Positions 40,565 to 54,356 of a stretch of DNA of 64,000 bases are shown here, in pieces. Position numbers and translations under genes: made by a program. This stretch comes from Octopus vulgaris (taxonomy: Eukaryota), in NCBI GenBank assembly GCA_951406725.2, contig OX597828.1, forward strand, positions 77,562,001 through 77,626,000. Direction: 5' to 3'. The notes beneath the pieces are model-generated. The model made no database searches and was not told where the DNA came from. It saw nothing but the letters and a program-made list of their open reading frames with translations. Position 1 is the first letter of the stretch. Each line of letters opens with the position of its first letter.

Positions 40565-40962
40565 AGGCGCAGAAGTGGTGAGAAGCTTGCTTCCCAATTT
40601 CATGGTTCAGGGTCCAGTCCCACTGCGTGGCACCTTGGGCAAGTATCTTCTATTAAAGCCTCGAGCTGACCAGAGTTTTGTGAGTGGACTTGGTAGACGG
40701 AAACTGAATGAAACTCGTCATTTAAGTGGGTGAGTGTGTGTGTGTGTGTGTGTTTGTGTCTCCGTTTGTCCTCCACCACCACTTGACAACCGATGTTGGT
40801 GTGTTTACGTCCCCGTAACATAGCCGTTCGGCAAAAGTGAATAATAGATTAAGTACTAGGCTTTTGATAAGTACTGAGATCGATTCGTTCCATTAAAATT
40901 CTCCAAGGCGGTGCCCCAGCATGGCCGCACTCTAATAACTGAAACAAGTAAATGAGAAAAGA
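40565..40962 (+). mobile_element. SINE family B, near full length (tRNA-derived head, CORE-like domain, internal microsatellite)
   Basis: aggcgcag..gtggtgagaagcttgcttccc..gggtccagtcccactgcgtggcaccttgggcaagtatcttc...(TG)n...aaggcggtgccccagcatggccgca...gaaacaagtaaa. Confidence 0.88.
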
Positions 40963-41036
40963 TACAAATGCATACTTACTAAATGCAGATTATGCATTAA
41001 AATGCATCAAATGACGCCATTTTGTTTCAAGAAATA

Positions 41037-41215
41037 CCGTATTTTAACGTGTAGAAGGAACCCTCTTTTGTCAAAAATTAGCTTTAAAAAATATGGAAGT
41101 TTCTTATACATGGATAGTGTTATAATCCCTTTCAAAACCTTTTTTCCAAATTTTAAGCCCCCAAAATGAGAGGGTTCCTTGTACACGAGGGTTCTTTATA
41201 CACGTTAAAATACAG
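41037..41215. mobile_element. Tc1/mariner-superfamily (Tc2/pogo-like, CCGTA-ended) MITE with TA TSD
   Basis: TA|CCGTATTTTAACGTGTAGAAGGAACCCTC ... GAGGGTTCTTTATACACGTTAAAATACAG|TA gives a ~29-bp imperfect TIR. An extra subterminal copy, gagggttccttgtacacg, lies just inside the right end. Confidence 0.88.
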
Positions 41216-41613
41216 TAAATCTTTCATAAGTAATGGTGTCTATTTACTTTTGGTATGCTTTGGTACATGTACAAAGTGTTTTTGCTATATCACTGTTCCA
41301 TTTTTTAAATAAATTCACCAATGGACAATCCAGAGACAACCAGCAATTACAGGATGATAAGAAAAAAACCTCGAAATCGGTGATAAATAAAACGCCAAAT
41401 CAGCAACAAGCTCTGATGGTTCCCTAACAATTCACCCAAAGATCTGTAAAACAGTCTCACTAAACTATTTTCTAAAGCTTCTTTAGATGTGACCAGCTCT
41501 GAAAATACCTGAAAGACGAAATCATGTGTTTCGTCCATAGAAAAGAAAACAGCGCATAGCGTGGCAAAGATAGGTGCGACAAAGAGAGATCCGTCATAGT
41601 CATATCCATCCAC

Positions 41614-41694
<81 letters not shown>

Positions 41695-41943
41695 ATTTGA
41701 AATATCAACATGAAAAGAATTTTACAGAAAGATTTTTCTGTCTTCTGAATAGAGAATAACTTACTAAGAGATCAATACGCAACACGGGTTTTGTCAGATC
41801 GAAGAATTGTGCAAGCTGAATCAGTCAAACTGCGGTTGACGGGAGCTTTGTAAAATGATCAAAGCCCTGAAGATAGATTCGTGCAAGCTTTACAATATAT
41901 AAAACAATTGAAACGTTGGGAGAGGGGTTGTATTTTCGTTTAA

Positions 41944-42110
41944 TCTTTTACTTGCCTCGGTCATTAAACTGCGGCCATACTGGGGCACTTCCTTGAAGGG
42001 TTTCGTCGATCCCAATACTAATGTTTTTAAACCTGGTCCTTATTCTATCGATCTGTTTTTTTCCGAACCGCTAAGTTGCGGATAAGTAAACAACCAACAT
42101 CGGCTAAGTG
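41944..42110 (-). mobile_element. SINE family B, 3' half
   Basis: tcttttacttg...actgcggccatactggggca...ttattctatcg...ccgaaccgctaagtt. Confidence 0.75.
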
Positions 42111-42772
42111 GTGGTGGTGGTGGTGGTGGTGGTGGAGGGGGTGGAGGGGTGGGCGCTGGTGGTGTTACTGGTGTTGGTGGATAAAGGGTAAAAAAACACA
42201 CACATGTGAAAAAGATATTACACTTGTGGTATTTATTCCGCCCGTGTTCCTCATACACTCTCTTCTCACTCTCCCTATCGTAAATACAATAGACTTTAGT
42301 TCCGATATGAAACAAAGTTGTTCACAAAGACTTAATAACAAATACATAAAGTAAATTAGCGTTGCAGGTTCAATCCTCAGCTGGATTCTTGCCAGTTTTT
42401 CCCATCGGTATTAGCCATGAATCAACATGAACACCTCCACTTTTTCTTGGACCCACAACTATGTAATCCCATGTTTTATTTGGGGATGATATTGAACCTT
42501 TTCCCTGTCTGCTTAGAAGATATGTCTCAGTGTGTGACGAAACCTTTTGGTCTCCTTTTCTCGCGGCTTCTGTCGGGTCTTCCTCACAACACGGTCGACT
42601 GAGGTAAGGAAGAGTTCTACCCTGGCTGTTATCCCCTATATGAGACAATGAATGCCACTGTGGTAGCTGCAGTGGTTAGAAAGAGCGTCATGCTATCTTT
42701 AAAGAAGAAAGGACACATTGAATAATGTAGCTCTAGATACATTATGCCTCCTAACATGACGAAGTGGAAGAA

Positions 42773-42985
42773 GGCGGCAAAATCGTTAACACGCCGGGAA
42801 AGATGCTAGGCGATATGTTGTCCTTCTTTACGTTCTGAGTTCAAATTCTGCTGAGGTTGATTTTACCTTTCGTTCTTTCGGAGTCGATAAAATAAGTACC
42901 AGTTGAGTATTGAAGTCGATATAATCGATATAAACGACTTACTCCTCCTTCGAAATGGCTGGTTTGCACCAAAATTCGAAACCAA
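42773..42985 (+). mobile_element. SINE family A
   Basis: ggcggcaaaatcgttaacacgccggg...tacgttctgagtttcaaattc...ctttcggagtcgataaaataagtaccag. Confidence 0.82.
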
Positions 42986-43629
42986 TATGACGAAGTGGAA
43001 TGTTTGCATCTAGAAAACTCTTTGAGCTCGGACTTGGTCAATCTGTTCTAACATGGAGCTAAATAACAACATAACAAAGTAAGTTGTTATGAAACTAACA
43101 TGAATGAGTGTCTTACAATCAAGTAAAGTACTGTACCACGACATACACTGCATCCATTAATACATACCTCCATTAACATATAGCAGACACTGCAGTTATT
43201 AACATACATTAAAGCCTCTAACACAGCAAAACAACTACGTTCAAAAGAATGCCTAGAGATTCATTCCTTGCATCCTTAGTATAAAATATTATAAGAGACA
43301 GATCAGTGTTGCCATTGTTAAAGTGCAGAGAAGAGAGAAAAGCTAGAACGCTAGCAACGAGATACATTTTCACACTTCTTAAGTCAAGACGCCAATAATT
43401 TATAGTCTGTTTCAAGTCGTTCAGAAAAAGACAGGCTTTCTACTTTTAATCCGCATTTGGGATTAAGCGTAGATAATAACGAATAAAGCAACAATGAAAT
43501 GTTGTATAATATATCAGATATTTGCTGCGAATAGACTCATACGAATATGTCTATGCTTGTATTTACATAGGAAGACAAAATAAAGCTCATGCCCTTAATT
43601 TTCACCCTTGTATATACATTGGTGTGTAG

Positions 43630-43669
<40 letters not shown>

Positions 43670-43803
43670 CCATCTATAGTATTCGAACACACACACACAT
43701 ACATTTACAAATTCATAGCCCCAACTCCTTTGCATAAATATACATAAATATATGTGTATATAGGTATACATATATATATATATGTGTATATATATATATA
43801 TAA

Positions 43804-43877
<74 letters not shown>

Positions 43878-43991
43878 ATATATATATATATATACGTGTA
43901 TGTATATATATATATACATATATATATACGCACATATGCATATGCATATGCATATATATATATATACATATATAAATATACACATGTATGT

Positions 43992-44029
<38 letters not shown>

Positions 44030-44149
44030 CGGGAAGCTTTATGAAAATAGACAAAAGACGAAGGCAGGTGGAAAACAAACAAATATATATATGTATATAC
44101 CTATATATGAATGTATCTATCTGTGTATGTACGCATGTATGTATGTATC

Positions 44150-44213
<64 letters not shown>

Positions 44214-44424
44214 TGTATATATACACATATATGTGTGTATGTATATATATATGTGCGTGTGTGTACGTACATGTATTCACGTGTGTGTGTAACTACATTT
44301 TATGTACATATAAATATAAGATCTACAAAAACAACCAAATATATACAGAGAAATACGAATCCACAGATTCATATTTATACAGCTTCAGTTTATCTATGCG
44401 CGTGCGCACACTCACGCACACACG

Positions 44425-44455
<31 letters not shown>

Positions 44456-44812
44456 AAATGACGAGAGGAAGTCGCTAAGATGAACTGAAGGATTGTTCTT
44501 TCTCCCCTTGTTCTTTTCTTCTCCACGCGCGAAGTCTATTTGTCGGCCATTTTTCCTGTAATGCAATATGGATAGCAAAAGAGAAAAACCTAACAAAAAC
44601 AGCAAATTTTACGAATACTGTTGTCATGTAGGAATTCATAAACTTTTATTTGCTGTCAGCCATTTCAAAAGTACCTCAAATAATCATTACACACACTCGT
44701 CCCTCCATCTAACAACGCTATAAACTTGAACATCGTAATACTTCATCGCCAGCCTCGTTCTGGAAATGATGACTTTATTATTACTATTACTCATAAGAAA
44801 TCATTATCATTT

Positions 44813-44858
<46 letters not shown>

Positions 44859-45016
44859 CACCACCATCATCATCAGCAGCAGCAGTAGGCATTACTGTTA
44901 TTATCATAATTATTAATAATCGTATTATTATAATTAATAATGTTATTGCTATTATTTTGGTTGTTGTTATTATCATTATTATTAAATGATAATAATAATT
45001 ATTATTATTATTATCA

Positions 45017-45134
<118 letters not shown>

Positions 45135-45208
45135 CATTATTATTATTATTATCATTATTATTAAATAATAATAATAATTATTATTATTATTAAATAATAA
45201 TAATAATT

Positions 45209-45260
<52 letters not shown>

Positions 45261-45349
45261 TATAGATATATATATATATATATACGAGTATATAAATATA
45301 TATATATATATATACGCACATATGCATATTATTAAATAATAGTAATAAT

Positions 45350-45515
<166 letters not shown>

Positions 45516-46561
45516 AGCTGCAGAAGCTTCAGCATCGTTATTATTAGTAATATTATTATTATCATTGCTATTACCATTATTATTATTCATTGATTTCATT
45601 TCTTTCAGTTCATAAATATGAATGGTCGATGTTGTTGTTGTTGTTGTTGTTGTTATAGTTTACATGCAAGTTCTTACTATTTTTTGCTATTTATGTTGGA
45701 GCTGCAACCGATCGTGTTCTCCAAGTAGTTGTAATTGTTGCCATTGTTGTTCTACTTCTTTTTCTCCTTTTTCTTTTCATACTTCTTCTCCCTCTTTCTC
45801 CTTTTTCTTCTTTTTCTTCTTTCCTTCTTCTTCTTTCCTTCTTCTTCTTCTTCCAGCTTTTATAGTTATTCATACTGTTGTTATTGTTATTGCAATAGTT
45901 GTTGTTGCTATTAAATTTAATGTTTTCCCTTCTCTTTCTTCCTTTCTTTTCTTTCATCTTATTCTTATTCTTTCTTTCATTTCTTTTTGTCTCCTCATAC
46001 TTTCTTCTTCTTCTCCTCCTCCTCCTTCTTCTTCTTGGTCTTCTTCTTTATCACTCCTCCACTTCTACACCTCCCTCATCTTCTTCCTCATCTTCCTCCT
46101 TTTTACACCACCAGGTTTACATCTCTGTTGTTGTTGTTCTTCTTCTTCTTCTTCTCTTCTTCTTCTTCTCTTCTTCTTCTTCTCTTCATCTTCTTCTCTT
46201 CTTCTTCTTCTTCTCTTCTTCTTCTTCTTCTTCTTCTTCTTCTTCTTCTTCTTCTTCTTCTTCTTCTCCTTCTTCTTCTTTATACTGTAGGGATTTCAGA
46301 AGAAATCAAGCTTCGCTCTTCTGTTGCGGAGAGAAGATTTCTTTTCAATCGTTTTTCTCAGTTTTGCTCACTGTCTTTCCTCTACGGATAGCAACAACAA
46401 AAACAACAAAAACAACAATAAACAGCAGCAGCAGCAACAGCATCATATATGTTTGCCCTTGCTGTTATTCACCAAGTTGAAGTGCTTATTTATCATATCA
46501 CAGTTGTGGCTGCGAAAAAATATCATTATCGACATTGCTGTTGCTTTTTTATTGTTTATCG

Positions 46562-46610
<49 letters not shown>

Positions 46611-46648
46611 TATCATCATCATCCTCATCGTCATCGTCATCGTCATCG

Positions 46649-46716
<68 letters not shown>

Positions 46717-47542
46717 CGCATCAACCAAGAATATCAGTATATTTAGATTAGTAGACCTTTCGCATTCACCCCACCGAAACTTAGCTGTTTACTCAGCAAT
46801 CACATTTCGTTTTTCCTTCCTTCGATTCTTTCCTTCCTTCGATTCTTTCCTTCCTTCCTTCCTTCCTTCCTTCCCAACTAAACACATCCACCGTTGATGA
46901 TAGTCAAGACCCGTTTACTATTTCTTTCTCTGGAGACTTCCTCACCAATACAAAAACCATTTGACTCGAGGTTAAAGACCTATTATTCTCATCTATTTTA
47001 TTTTATTTTCTGATTAAAGTTGTTTTTGTTGCTGACGTAAAAACGATTCCGGTTCGTTTTCTTTGGTTCGTTCTGTGTTTACTGCAAATGAAATCATTAT
47101 TACAAAACACAACCTTATGAGGACAAATCGGTATTTTTTTTTACTTTTTTTCACAACAGATTCGTATAGTAAAGACACACTCAAACATATTTACGCACGC
47201 AAAACATATGCACTGACACACACATACAGACACACAGACACACACAACGATAGATATTATACATTTACGTACGTATGTGTGATTGATGGAGATATCACCC
47301 AGAGGTGAAAGGCAATTAAGGGAAAGAAAGTACTCAATACTGTTCCGTAAAGAGGAGAAAGTATTTATTGGAGGCTGAGTTTGTGAACGACGCTAATCAG
47401 AGGCTTTCATTGTATATCTTCAGATTACGTCAGATCGGGAAAGAAGGAACACCAAGTAGCGACTCTTACTGACTCGCCTTTCAGTACATATACACATCCA
47501 TACAGAGACACGCGCACATACAAACACACACCGATAAAACAC

Positions 47543-47593
<51 letters not shown>

Positions 47594-47631
47594 GAGAGAG
47601 AGGCAGACAGACAGCTGATATATATACATAC

Positions 47632-47671
<40 letters not shown>

Positions 47672-47899
47672 GAGTATTTTATGCACATATATATATGAGG
47701 TATGTATGCATATGTGCCTGTGTGCGTGTGTGTGTGTATATATATGTATGCATATGAATGTATATATGTATGCAAATGAACATGCGCATATACGTGCGTG
47801 TGAGTGTTGTATACATGCATATATATATATGTATATATGTGTGTGAGTATATATATATATGTACACACACATATATATACTTACGCATATATATACTTA

Positions 47900-47959
<60 letters not shown>

Positions 47960-48423
47960 CATAGATATATATGCATATACATTATAATTACTAAATGTGT
48001 TTGAGTATATGCGTATGTGTGAAAGCTAAATATTTAAGACATTTCCATTACAGAGAAAAATAACCAAAACTTCTTTTAACGCTACAGCCATAATAATAAT
48101 CGTGAAACTCTAATTGTTGGATCACGTGATAGAAGCAATTCAAAGATGGCAGCATTACACTGTAAAAATTATTGAATTTTTTCTTTTCATTTCCTTTCCC
48201 TACCTTTACGTTATTTATTCATTTATTTGTTTATTAGTTTATTTATTTTCATAAACCTCTGATCTTTCTTTACTTTTTTAGGGTTACTTGCTCAACGTGA
48301 TACATATATATATATATATAAGTAATGCATACACACAAACACACACACATATATATATACACGTATATATATATATATATAAGTATCTATATATGCATAT
48401 GTATACGTATATATATATATATG

Positions 48424-48475
<52 letters not shown>

Positions 48476-49244
48476 TATATAGATATATGTATATATACGT
48501 GTATATATTCATATGTATATATGGGTGTATATGTTTGTGTTCTACGTCTATGTTTATAGAATTTTGTCTTCGTTCATGTTCTATAAAGACAGACAGACAA
48601 CTCAAATATTTGATATAATCATCTTAAGAAAATGGAAAATAATGTAGAAGCATTATAGAACATCACGTCTTCATATATCTTGGAGAATGAAACAAGACAA
48701 ACAACTAATATAAGAAAAATATGTAAAAATTGTCGATCAAACAAGTAAATTGTTTATTGAATTTCGGTGACATTTCGAAAATATATATACTTTATTTTCT
48801 TCTTATTTTCCTTCTTTTTTTTTTTCCTAAGTGTAAACATTGGTTAATATCTGATGCTGCGTTAACTGCTTAGAAACCAGTTATAATCTTCTTTCTAACC
48901 GGTTTTTCGTTTCTAGTATAAGTTTGTTTTCTTCTGCGTTATTGTGGTAATGTGTCTTACTTTTATGATTAGGCAACGTATACAAACCCATACAGAGAAA
49001 CTTGTAAATATATACGTATACACACATACACATACATATATATATATATATATATGAGAGAGTGAGAGGAAGAGGCGGGGAGACAGAGAGAGAAGGGGGA
49101 CGAAGAGTGAGAGATTCTCACGAACACAAAGGCATCCGCTTTCCATAGATTACTGGAGGAAAAAATATCTCCTCTGAACCAAAACGTATCCGATTATAAC
49201 TTCTATACACTTGGTTGGACGGGTAGATAGTCAGATAGATTGAC

Positions 49245-49319
<75 letters not shown>

Positions 49320-49337
49320 CAGACAGATAGATAGATG

Positions 49338-49402
<65 letters not shown>

Positions 49403-49778
49403 TTGTAATGAGAATTTACGGTTAATTTCCGGTTGAAAATGTAATAATATTTTGTTCAATGAGTAATCTTCAAAAACTGAACAAAATGCCAAATCTCTCT
49501 TTCTCACTTATCTCTCACTCTCTCTTTCTTTTTTTCTGTACACATTTACAAATGTATAGGGAAAATGTATGTACTATTAATGTATGTATGTATGCATGCG
49601 TCTATACATATACATACACACACACGCGCGCGCGCGCACACACACACACACATATACGCACATGTATATAAATATATATATACACACACAAATATATATA
49701 TAAATATATATGTATATATATGTATGCATATATATATATATACACATACATATACATATATACACATATATCTGCACA

Positions 49779-49844
<66 letters not shown>

Positions 49845-49868
49845 TACATACATACATACATACATACA

Positions 49869-49902
<34 letters not shown>

Positions 49903-49967
49903 AATACTTATGTATGTATATATGTGAATATCCATGTATATGTTATTGCCGCTCGAGAGAACGTGAA

Positions 49968-50149
49968 ATAATTCTTTTCTGGAACAGTGGATCTCGAAGC
50001 AGATAAAGCTATAAATCATACCGTATACTGTATAAATATTGGGTTAAAAAGCACTTTTTTCTACCTAAAGATATTTTTTACCCAATTTCTACATATTATT
50101 ATTCATAGCTCTATCTGCTTCGAGATCCACCATTTCAAACAAGAATTAT
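49968..50149. mobile_element. Foldback / MITE-like inverted-repeat element
   Basis: GTGGATCTCGAAGCAGATAAAGCTATAAAT (49987-50016) pairs with ATTCATAGCTCTATCTGCTTCGAGATCCAC (50101-50130). There are also outer arms ataattctt/aagaattat and inner arms attgggttaaaaa/ttttttacccaat. Confidence 0.7.
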
Positions 50150-50399
50150 ATACATATGGGTTTATTAACAATTCAGTCGAGCAAATGGAACTCGTTTGCT
50201 TGGAAAGGAAGAGGCGGCCCTTCTAAGGGAAGGAAGAGGCGACCCTTCTAAGGGAAGGAAGACCTTGATTCCAAACTTCCGCTACCAAGAATCCGTACCC
50301 AGCCATAAAAAAAGCTTCGAGAATAAACCCTAAAGGAAAAATCAGCAGTCGGTACAACTGATGCAGTCTGACGTTATCTACAATCTGGTGCCAAATTGT

Positions 50400-50965
50400 G
50401 ACGCAGTGCTTCGAGTGGCACGAGCGCATCAAAAGCGGAGGAACGTCCCTAGAAGACGATTAGCGATCTGGAAGGCCTCTCCTGGGAGACCTGCTACGAG
50501 CGTCACCGCAGCAAATGTGGAGACAATCTGTCGTACGGGTCTTTGCAAGAAATTCTAACGTCTGAATTGAGTATGCGGCATGTCTCTGCTAAGTTTGTTG
50601 CACTGCCTGCTGACCACTGAGCAGAAAGAACATCGCGTCGAAGTCTGTCGACATCTCCGTCAGCGTACCACACTAATGACCCATCCTTCATGTCGAGGAT
50701 CATCACCGGTAACGAGAGCTGGGTCCACGGATACGACCCTGTGACGACCAAAGAAGGCACGACAGAACCACGGCTGAATCAAGAGCATTCTTATTGGTTT
50801 TGTTTGTTTGTTTTTCTTGACATCTGCGGTATTGTTCATCGAGAATCCGTCCCCCTCCTGGGTCAGACCGTCAATCGAGATTTCCAGTGTAACGCTTTGA
50901 AACATTTGATGGAGGACATTCGGCGAAAGCGAATTGGATTCTTCACGACGATAATGCACCGTGAC
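50400..50965 (+). pseudogene. Decayed mariner-type (DD34D family) transposase fragment
   Basis: SLEDD*RSGRP; ELSMRHVSAKFV; NDPSFMSRIITGNESWVHGYDP (cf. IITGDESWVYGYDP); FLDICGIVHRE..P.GQTVN; WILHDDNAP. Confidence 0.88.
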
Positions 50966-51014
50966 TATTTCGAAGGGGAAAATTTACTTATTTATCTAAG
51001 GGATCTTAGATAAA

Positions 51015-51190
51015 TCTACCCCAGGACTTTTTAAAGCTAGGTACTTATTTTATCGGTTATTTTTGCCTAACTGCTAAGTTGTGGGCACGTAAACACATCA
51101 ACATCACTGACAAGCGATGGTAGGGGACAAATGCAGATACAAAGACATACGCACGGACGCTGGAGCGCGCACACACACACACACACACAC

Positions 51191-51242
<52 letters not shown>

Positions 51243-51398
51243 TACGACGGGCTTCTTTCAGTTCCCGTGTACCAAATCCACTCACAAGGCTTTAGTCGGC
51301 TCGAGGATATAGCAGCAGACACTTACCCAAGGTACCACACAGTAGGACTGAACCTGGAATCATGTGGTTGGGAAGCAAGCTTCTTACCACACAGTCAC
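51015..51398 (-). mobile_element. SINE family B, near full length, with internal (CA)n(TA)n
   Basis: Reverse complement of 40565-40890, including tacgacgggcttctttcagtt...ccaaggtaccacacagtaggactgaacc..catgtggttgggaagcaagcttcttaccacacag. Confidence 0.88.
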
Positions 51399-52131
51399 AT
51401 ATCGTCAAGCTTAAATGCTGAGTTTTAAGGTCTTCCTGGAATCACTTTCTAAAGGACATAATTCTGGTATCGTTTCGCGGTCTTGCTACATCAGAAGGAT
51501 TTCTATATCCATGGAGATCCCTCTAGCCTACATACCACCAAATTTTGCATCAACCCTGGTCGTCTGTCCATATTAATTATTAGCCAGAGGTCGAAGGGTC
51601 ACCGGTAACTCTGTCCGTGATTCTTCTCTTTCTTCTTCCTAAATATTGTGGAGTTAATATATGGGCATGAGTCAAGTGCAATTTTAGCGTGCTCTTATCC
51701 CGCTGTCTGCATTTAAGAAGACACCTTTGGAATTACTTCCTCTCGCAATAAAAGGGGCTTCGCTCAAAATATCTGCGACTGCTATTTCCAAAATTTCTTT
51801 GGATGAAACACAAAAAGCTTTTGTGACTTGACAAAATACTAAGTAATTCTCCTCCTCTCGCACGCTTCTGTGAAAGACTGTAACACGCTGTTACTTGTCT
51901 TCCGCACAAAATGCTTCCTGGCTTTAGTTCTTTCAGCAAATATTCCATACATGCAGCTTAGTCTTTTTTTTTTAAGAATGTTTATGAAAAACCTGTTGCT
52001 TCTTCTTATTTTCGTTCGGCGTAATATGTTCATGCATTATATTGTTGCTGTTACTACTGCTGTCGTTGTTGTTGTTGTTGCTGCTGCTATTGTTGTGGCT
52101 ATTGTTGTTACTCTTCTTATTATTATTTTTA

Positions 52132-52217
<86 letters not shown>

Positions 52218-52293
52218 CTTCTTCTTCTACAACTACTACTAGTCTTTTTCTTCTTCTTCTCCTCCTCCTCTTCCTACTACTACTACTATTTCT

Positions 52294-52670
52294 TGTGACC
52301 TCCGCCTTAGCGAAGGCGGAGGTATTGTTTTCAGTCGTGTTTGTTTGTTTGTTTGTCCATGGTGAACAAGATATCTCAAGAACTGCTGGATGGATTCGGA
52401 TGAAACTTTCAGGGATATTTGGCCCTGTGACTGACACGAACTGATTAGATTTTCGGGTCGATCCGGTACCGGACAAGGTTTCTGGATTATTTTTCCTGTT
52501 TTTTACTTAATTTGTGAGAACGGTCGGGTTCATTTTTAGTATTCTCGTTTGTGAGAGCAGTTGAGTTTATTTCAGATTATTCTCATTTTAAAAATCATTT
52601 CCAGCTAATTGTTGAGAGGACGTTGGTGGTGCCTTGGCGGACGTTTGCGCTCCCTGAGTGCTTTCTTGTT
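52294..52670 (+). mobile_element. Helentron-associated / DINE-1-like non-autonomous element
   Basis: The 5' end has a subTIR with a hairpin, ACCTCCGCCTT-AGCG-AAGGCGGAGGT, followed by a (GTTT)n microsatellite and the core ggatggattcggatgaaacttt. The 3' end has an inverted subTIR, ccttGGCGGACGT, a terminal stem-loop GCGCTC-CCT-GAGTGC, and T-rich flanks. Confidence 0.8.
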
Positions 52671-52704
52671 ATTGTTGTTGTTGTTGTTCTTCTTCTTCTT
52701 CTTC

Positions 52705-52738
<34 letters not shown>

Positions 52739-52799
52739 TCTCCTACTTCTTCCTGTTGGCTAACCTGTTCCTTATCCTATGTTTATCCATTAATATTGT

Positions 52800-52977
52800 T
52801 TTATTCTTTTGTTTCAATCATTTGACTGTGCCCATACTGGAGCACAACCTTTAGTCGAGCAAATCGAACCCAGGACTTATTCTAGCCTAGTACTTATTCT
52901 ATCGGTGTGTTTTGCTGAAGCGCTAAGTTACGGGGACGTAAACACACCTGCATCGGTTGTCAAACGAAGTTGGGAGG

Positions 52978-53015
<38 letters not shown>
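52800..53015 (-). mobile_element. SINE family B, 3' half (left part of a split copy)
   Basis: ttcttttgtttcaatcatttgactg..ccatactggagcac...gctaagttacggggacgtaaacacacc..catcggttgtcaa, followed by (CA)n(TA)n. Confidence 0.85.
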
Positions 53016-53225
53016 CGTACCAGTGGGATTTGAAAAACCCACTAGAATGGGAGCAAGCGCTAATCCGAAATCCGAATGATATGATATGATATATATGTAA
53101 AAAATGTAATATATAAATAAATATCTACAAATATGAACCATCTGATCTGATTACCTCAATTTTTCTAATATATAATACCTGTACATCATCTCCAAACCTT
53201 CCGATGTATATATATATATATATAT

Positions 53226-53477
53226 GCTGAGACCCCCTCCGGTCATGACTGATCATGGGATTGCTCCTAGAAAGTTTCCCTCTGAGGCACAAGTTCGAGC
53301 AATGATGTTTATGGAAAACCATCAGTCATCCATGCATACCAGCCTCCCATCTCCAAGCCACCGATGTTATCCAAGGGAAAGGCAAAGGCCGATACGGCTT
53401 GGCACAAGTGACGTCGCAACTCATTTCTACAGCTGAGTGCACTGGTATAACGTGAAATAAAGAGTCTTGCTCAAGAA

Positions 53478-53480
<3 letters not shown>
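53226..53480 (-). mobile_element. 5'-truncated SINE sharing the family C central domain but with a different 3' end
   Basis: caactcatttctacagctgagtgcactgg..aacgtgaaataaagagtcttgctcaagaacac is the reverse complement of the family C domain; the copy is flanked by (TA)n. Confidence 0.6.
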
Positions 53481-53534
<54 letters not shown>

Positions 53535-53642
53535 TATAGGCAAGGAAAAATTGTAAAAAGGTAGAATGCTAAATTGAAAGAAAATTTTAATGAAAATGGG
53601 TGTATGGAAAATTTTGAAAAATTGATAAAATATATATATATT

Positions 53643-53684
53643 AATTCAAACCGGTTTTCGTCATAATGTGACTTTTCAAGAATT
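53643..53684 (-). ncRNA. Hammerhead-ribozyme-like motif in the PLE 3' region (variant core)
   Basis: The minus strand reads aattc-TTGAAAA-gtca(catta)tgac-GAAA-accggt-tt-gaatt. Stem I is aattc/gaatt, stem II is a perfect 4 bp, and stem III is the palindrome AACCGGTT. The core deviates from CUGANGA. Confidence 0.45.
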
Positions 53685-54356
53685 GTAAAGGAAAATTTTT
53701 TTTTTTTAAATGTGAGGAGGGGGAAAAGAAAATTACATTGTTTTTTGCAAAAAAATAATAATAAATATATACAAAAAATTAAAAAATAGGTACTCCGATA
53801 CATTGTAAAGTCTTTGTGTATCTTGAGTTTAATGATAGTTCACGAAAAAATTACCTTGAAGTATTGAGATCCATGAGATTAAATCCATGTGTTGTTTAAA
53901 TTAATTAAGGGTGTCTCTTAAGTGAATGGCAAAACAGGAAGTAGTAGTCCAGTTCCTGTGTTGTGAATAAGGGGAGACAACTCTATGGGTTTTAAGCTCT
54001 TCAATTTGTGTTTATCGATTTTTTTGTAATAAAGGGTGTTAATAAACCTTAAATTATAAAATTATCATTTTAGCTTCATTTGCATTATCTTTTTTTATTT
54101 TTTTATATATATTGTATGCTAACTTAACATTCAGATTGTAACACTTTATTTATATTGTTTTCTAATTATATAAATTTGCATAAACCAATTTATAATTACA
54201 TTTCAGATTGTTATGTCATATATAATAAAAATAATAATAATAATAATAATGATATTTAAAGAATATAAGTTTTAGCTTGAAATGATGACTGCATGGTATC
54301 CTTATATATTTGTGTTAGTCCATCCATGAAGAATGAGGTAGAAAAAAGAAGTATGA

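Noticed and set aside
41347-41613. Minus-strand ORF with a tttcag|G acceptor-like site at ~41509 (possible host exon)
   Set aside because: There is no recognisable protein similarity and no partner exon. Such sites are frequent by chance, so RNA-seq would be needed.
42505-42560. Hammerhead-like gtc...gacGAAAcc-tttt-ggTC
   Set aside because: There is no CUGANGA in register and no stem I complementarity.
47391-47430. Minus-strand CTGAAGA...GAAA hammerhead-like spacing
   Set aside because: Stem II cannot pair and stem III is absent, so this is likely chance.
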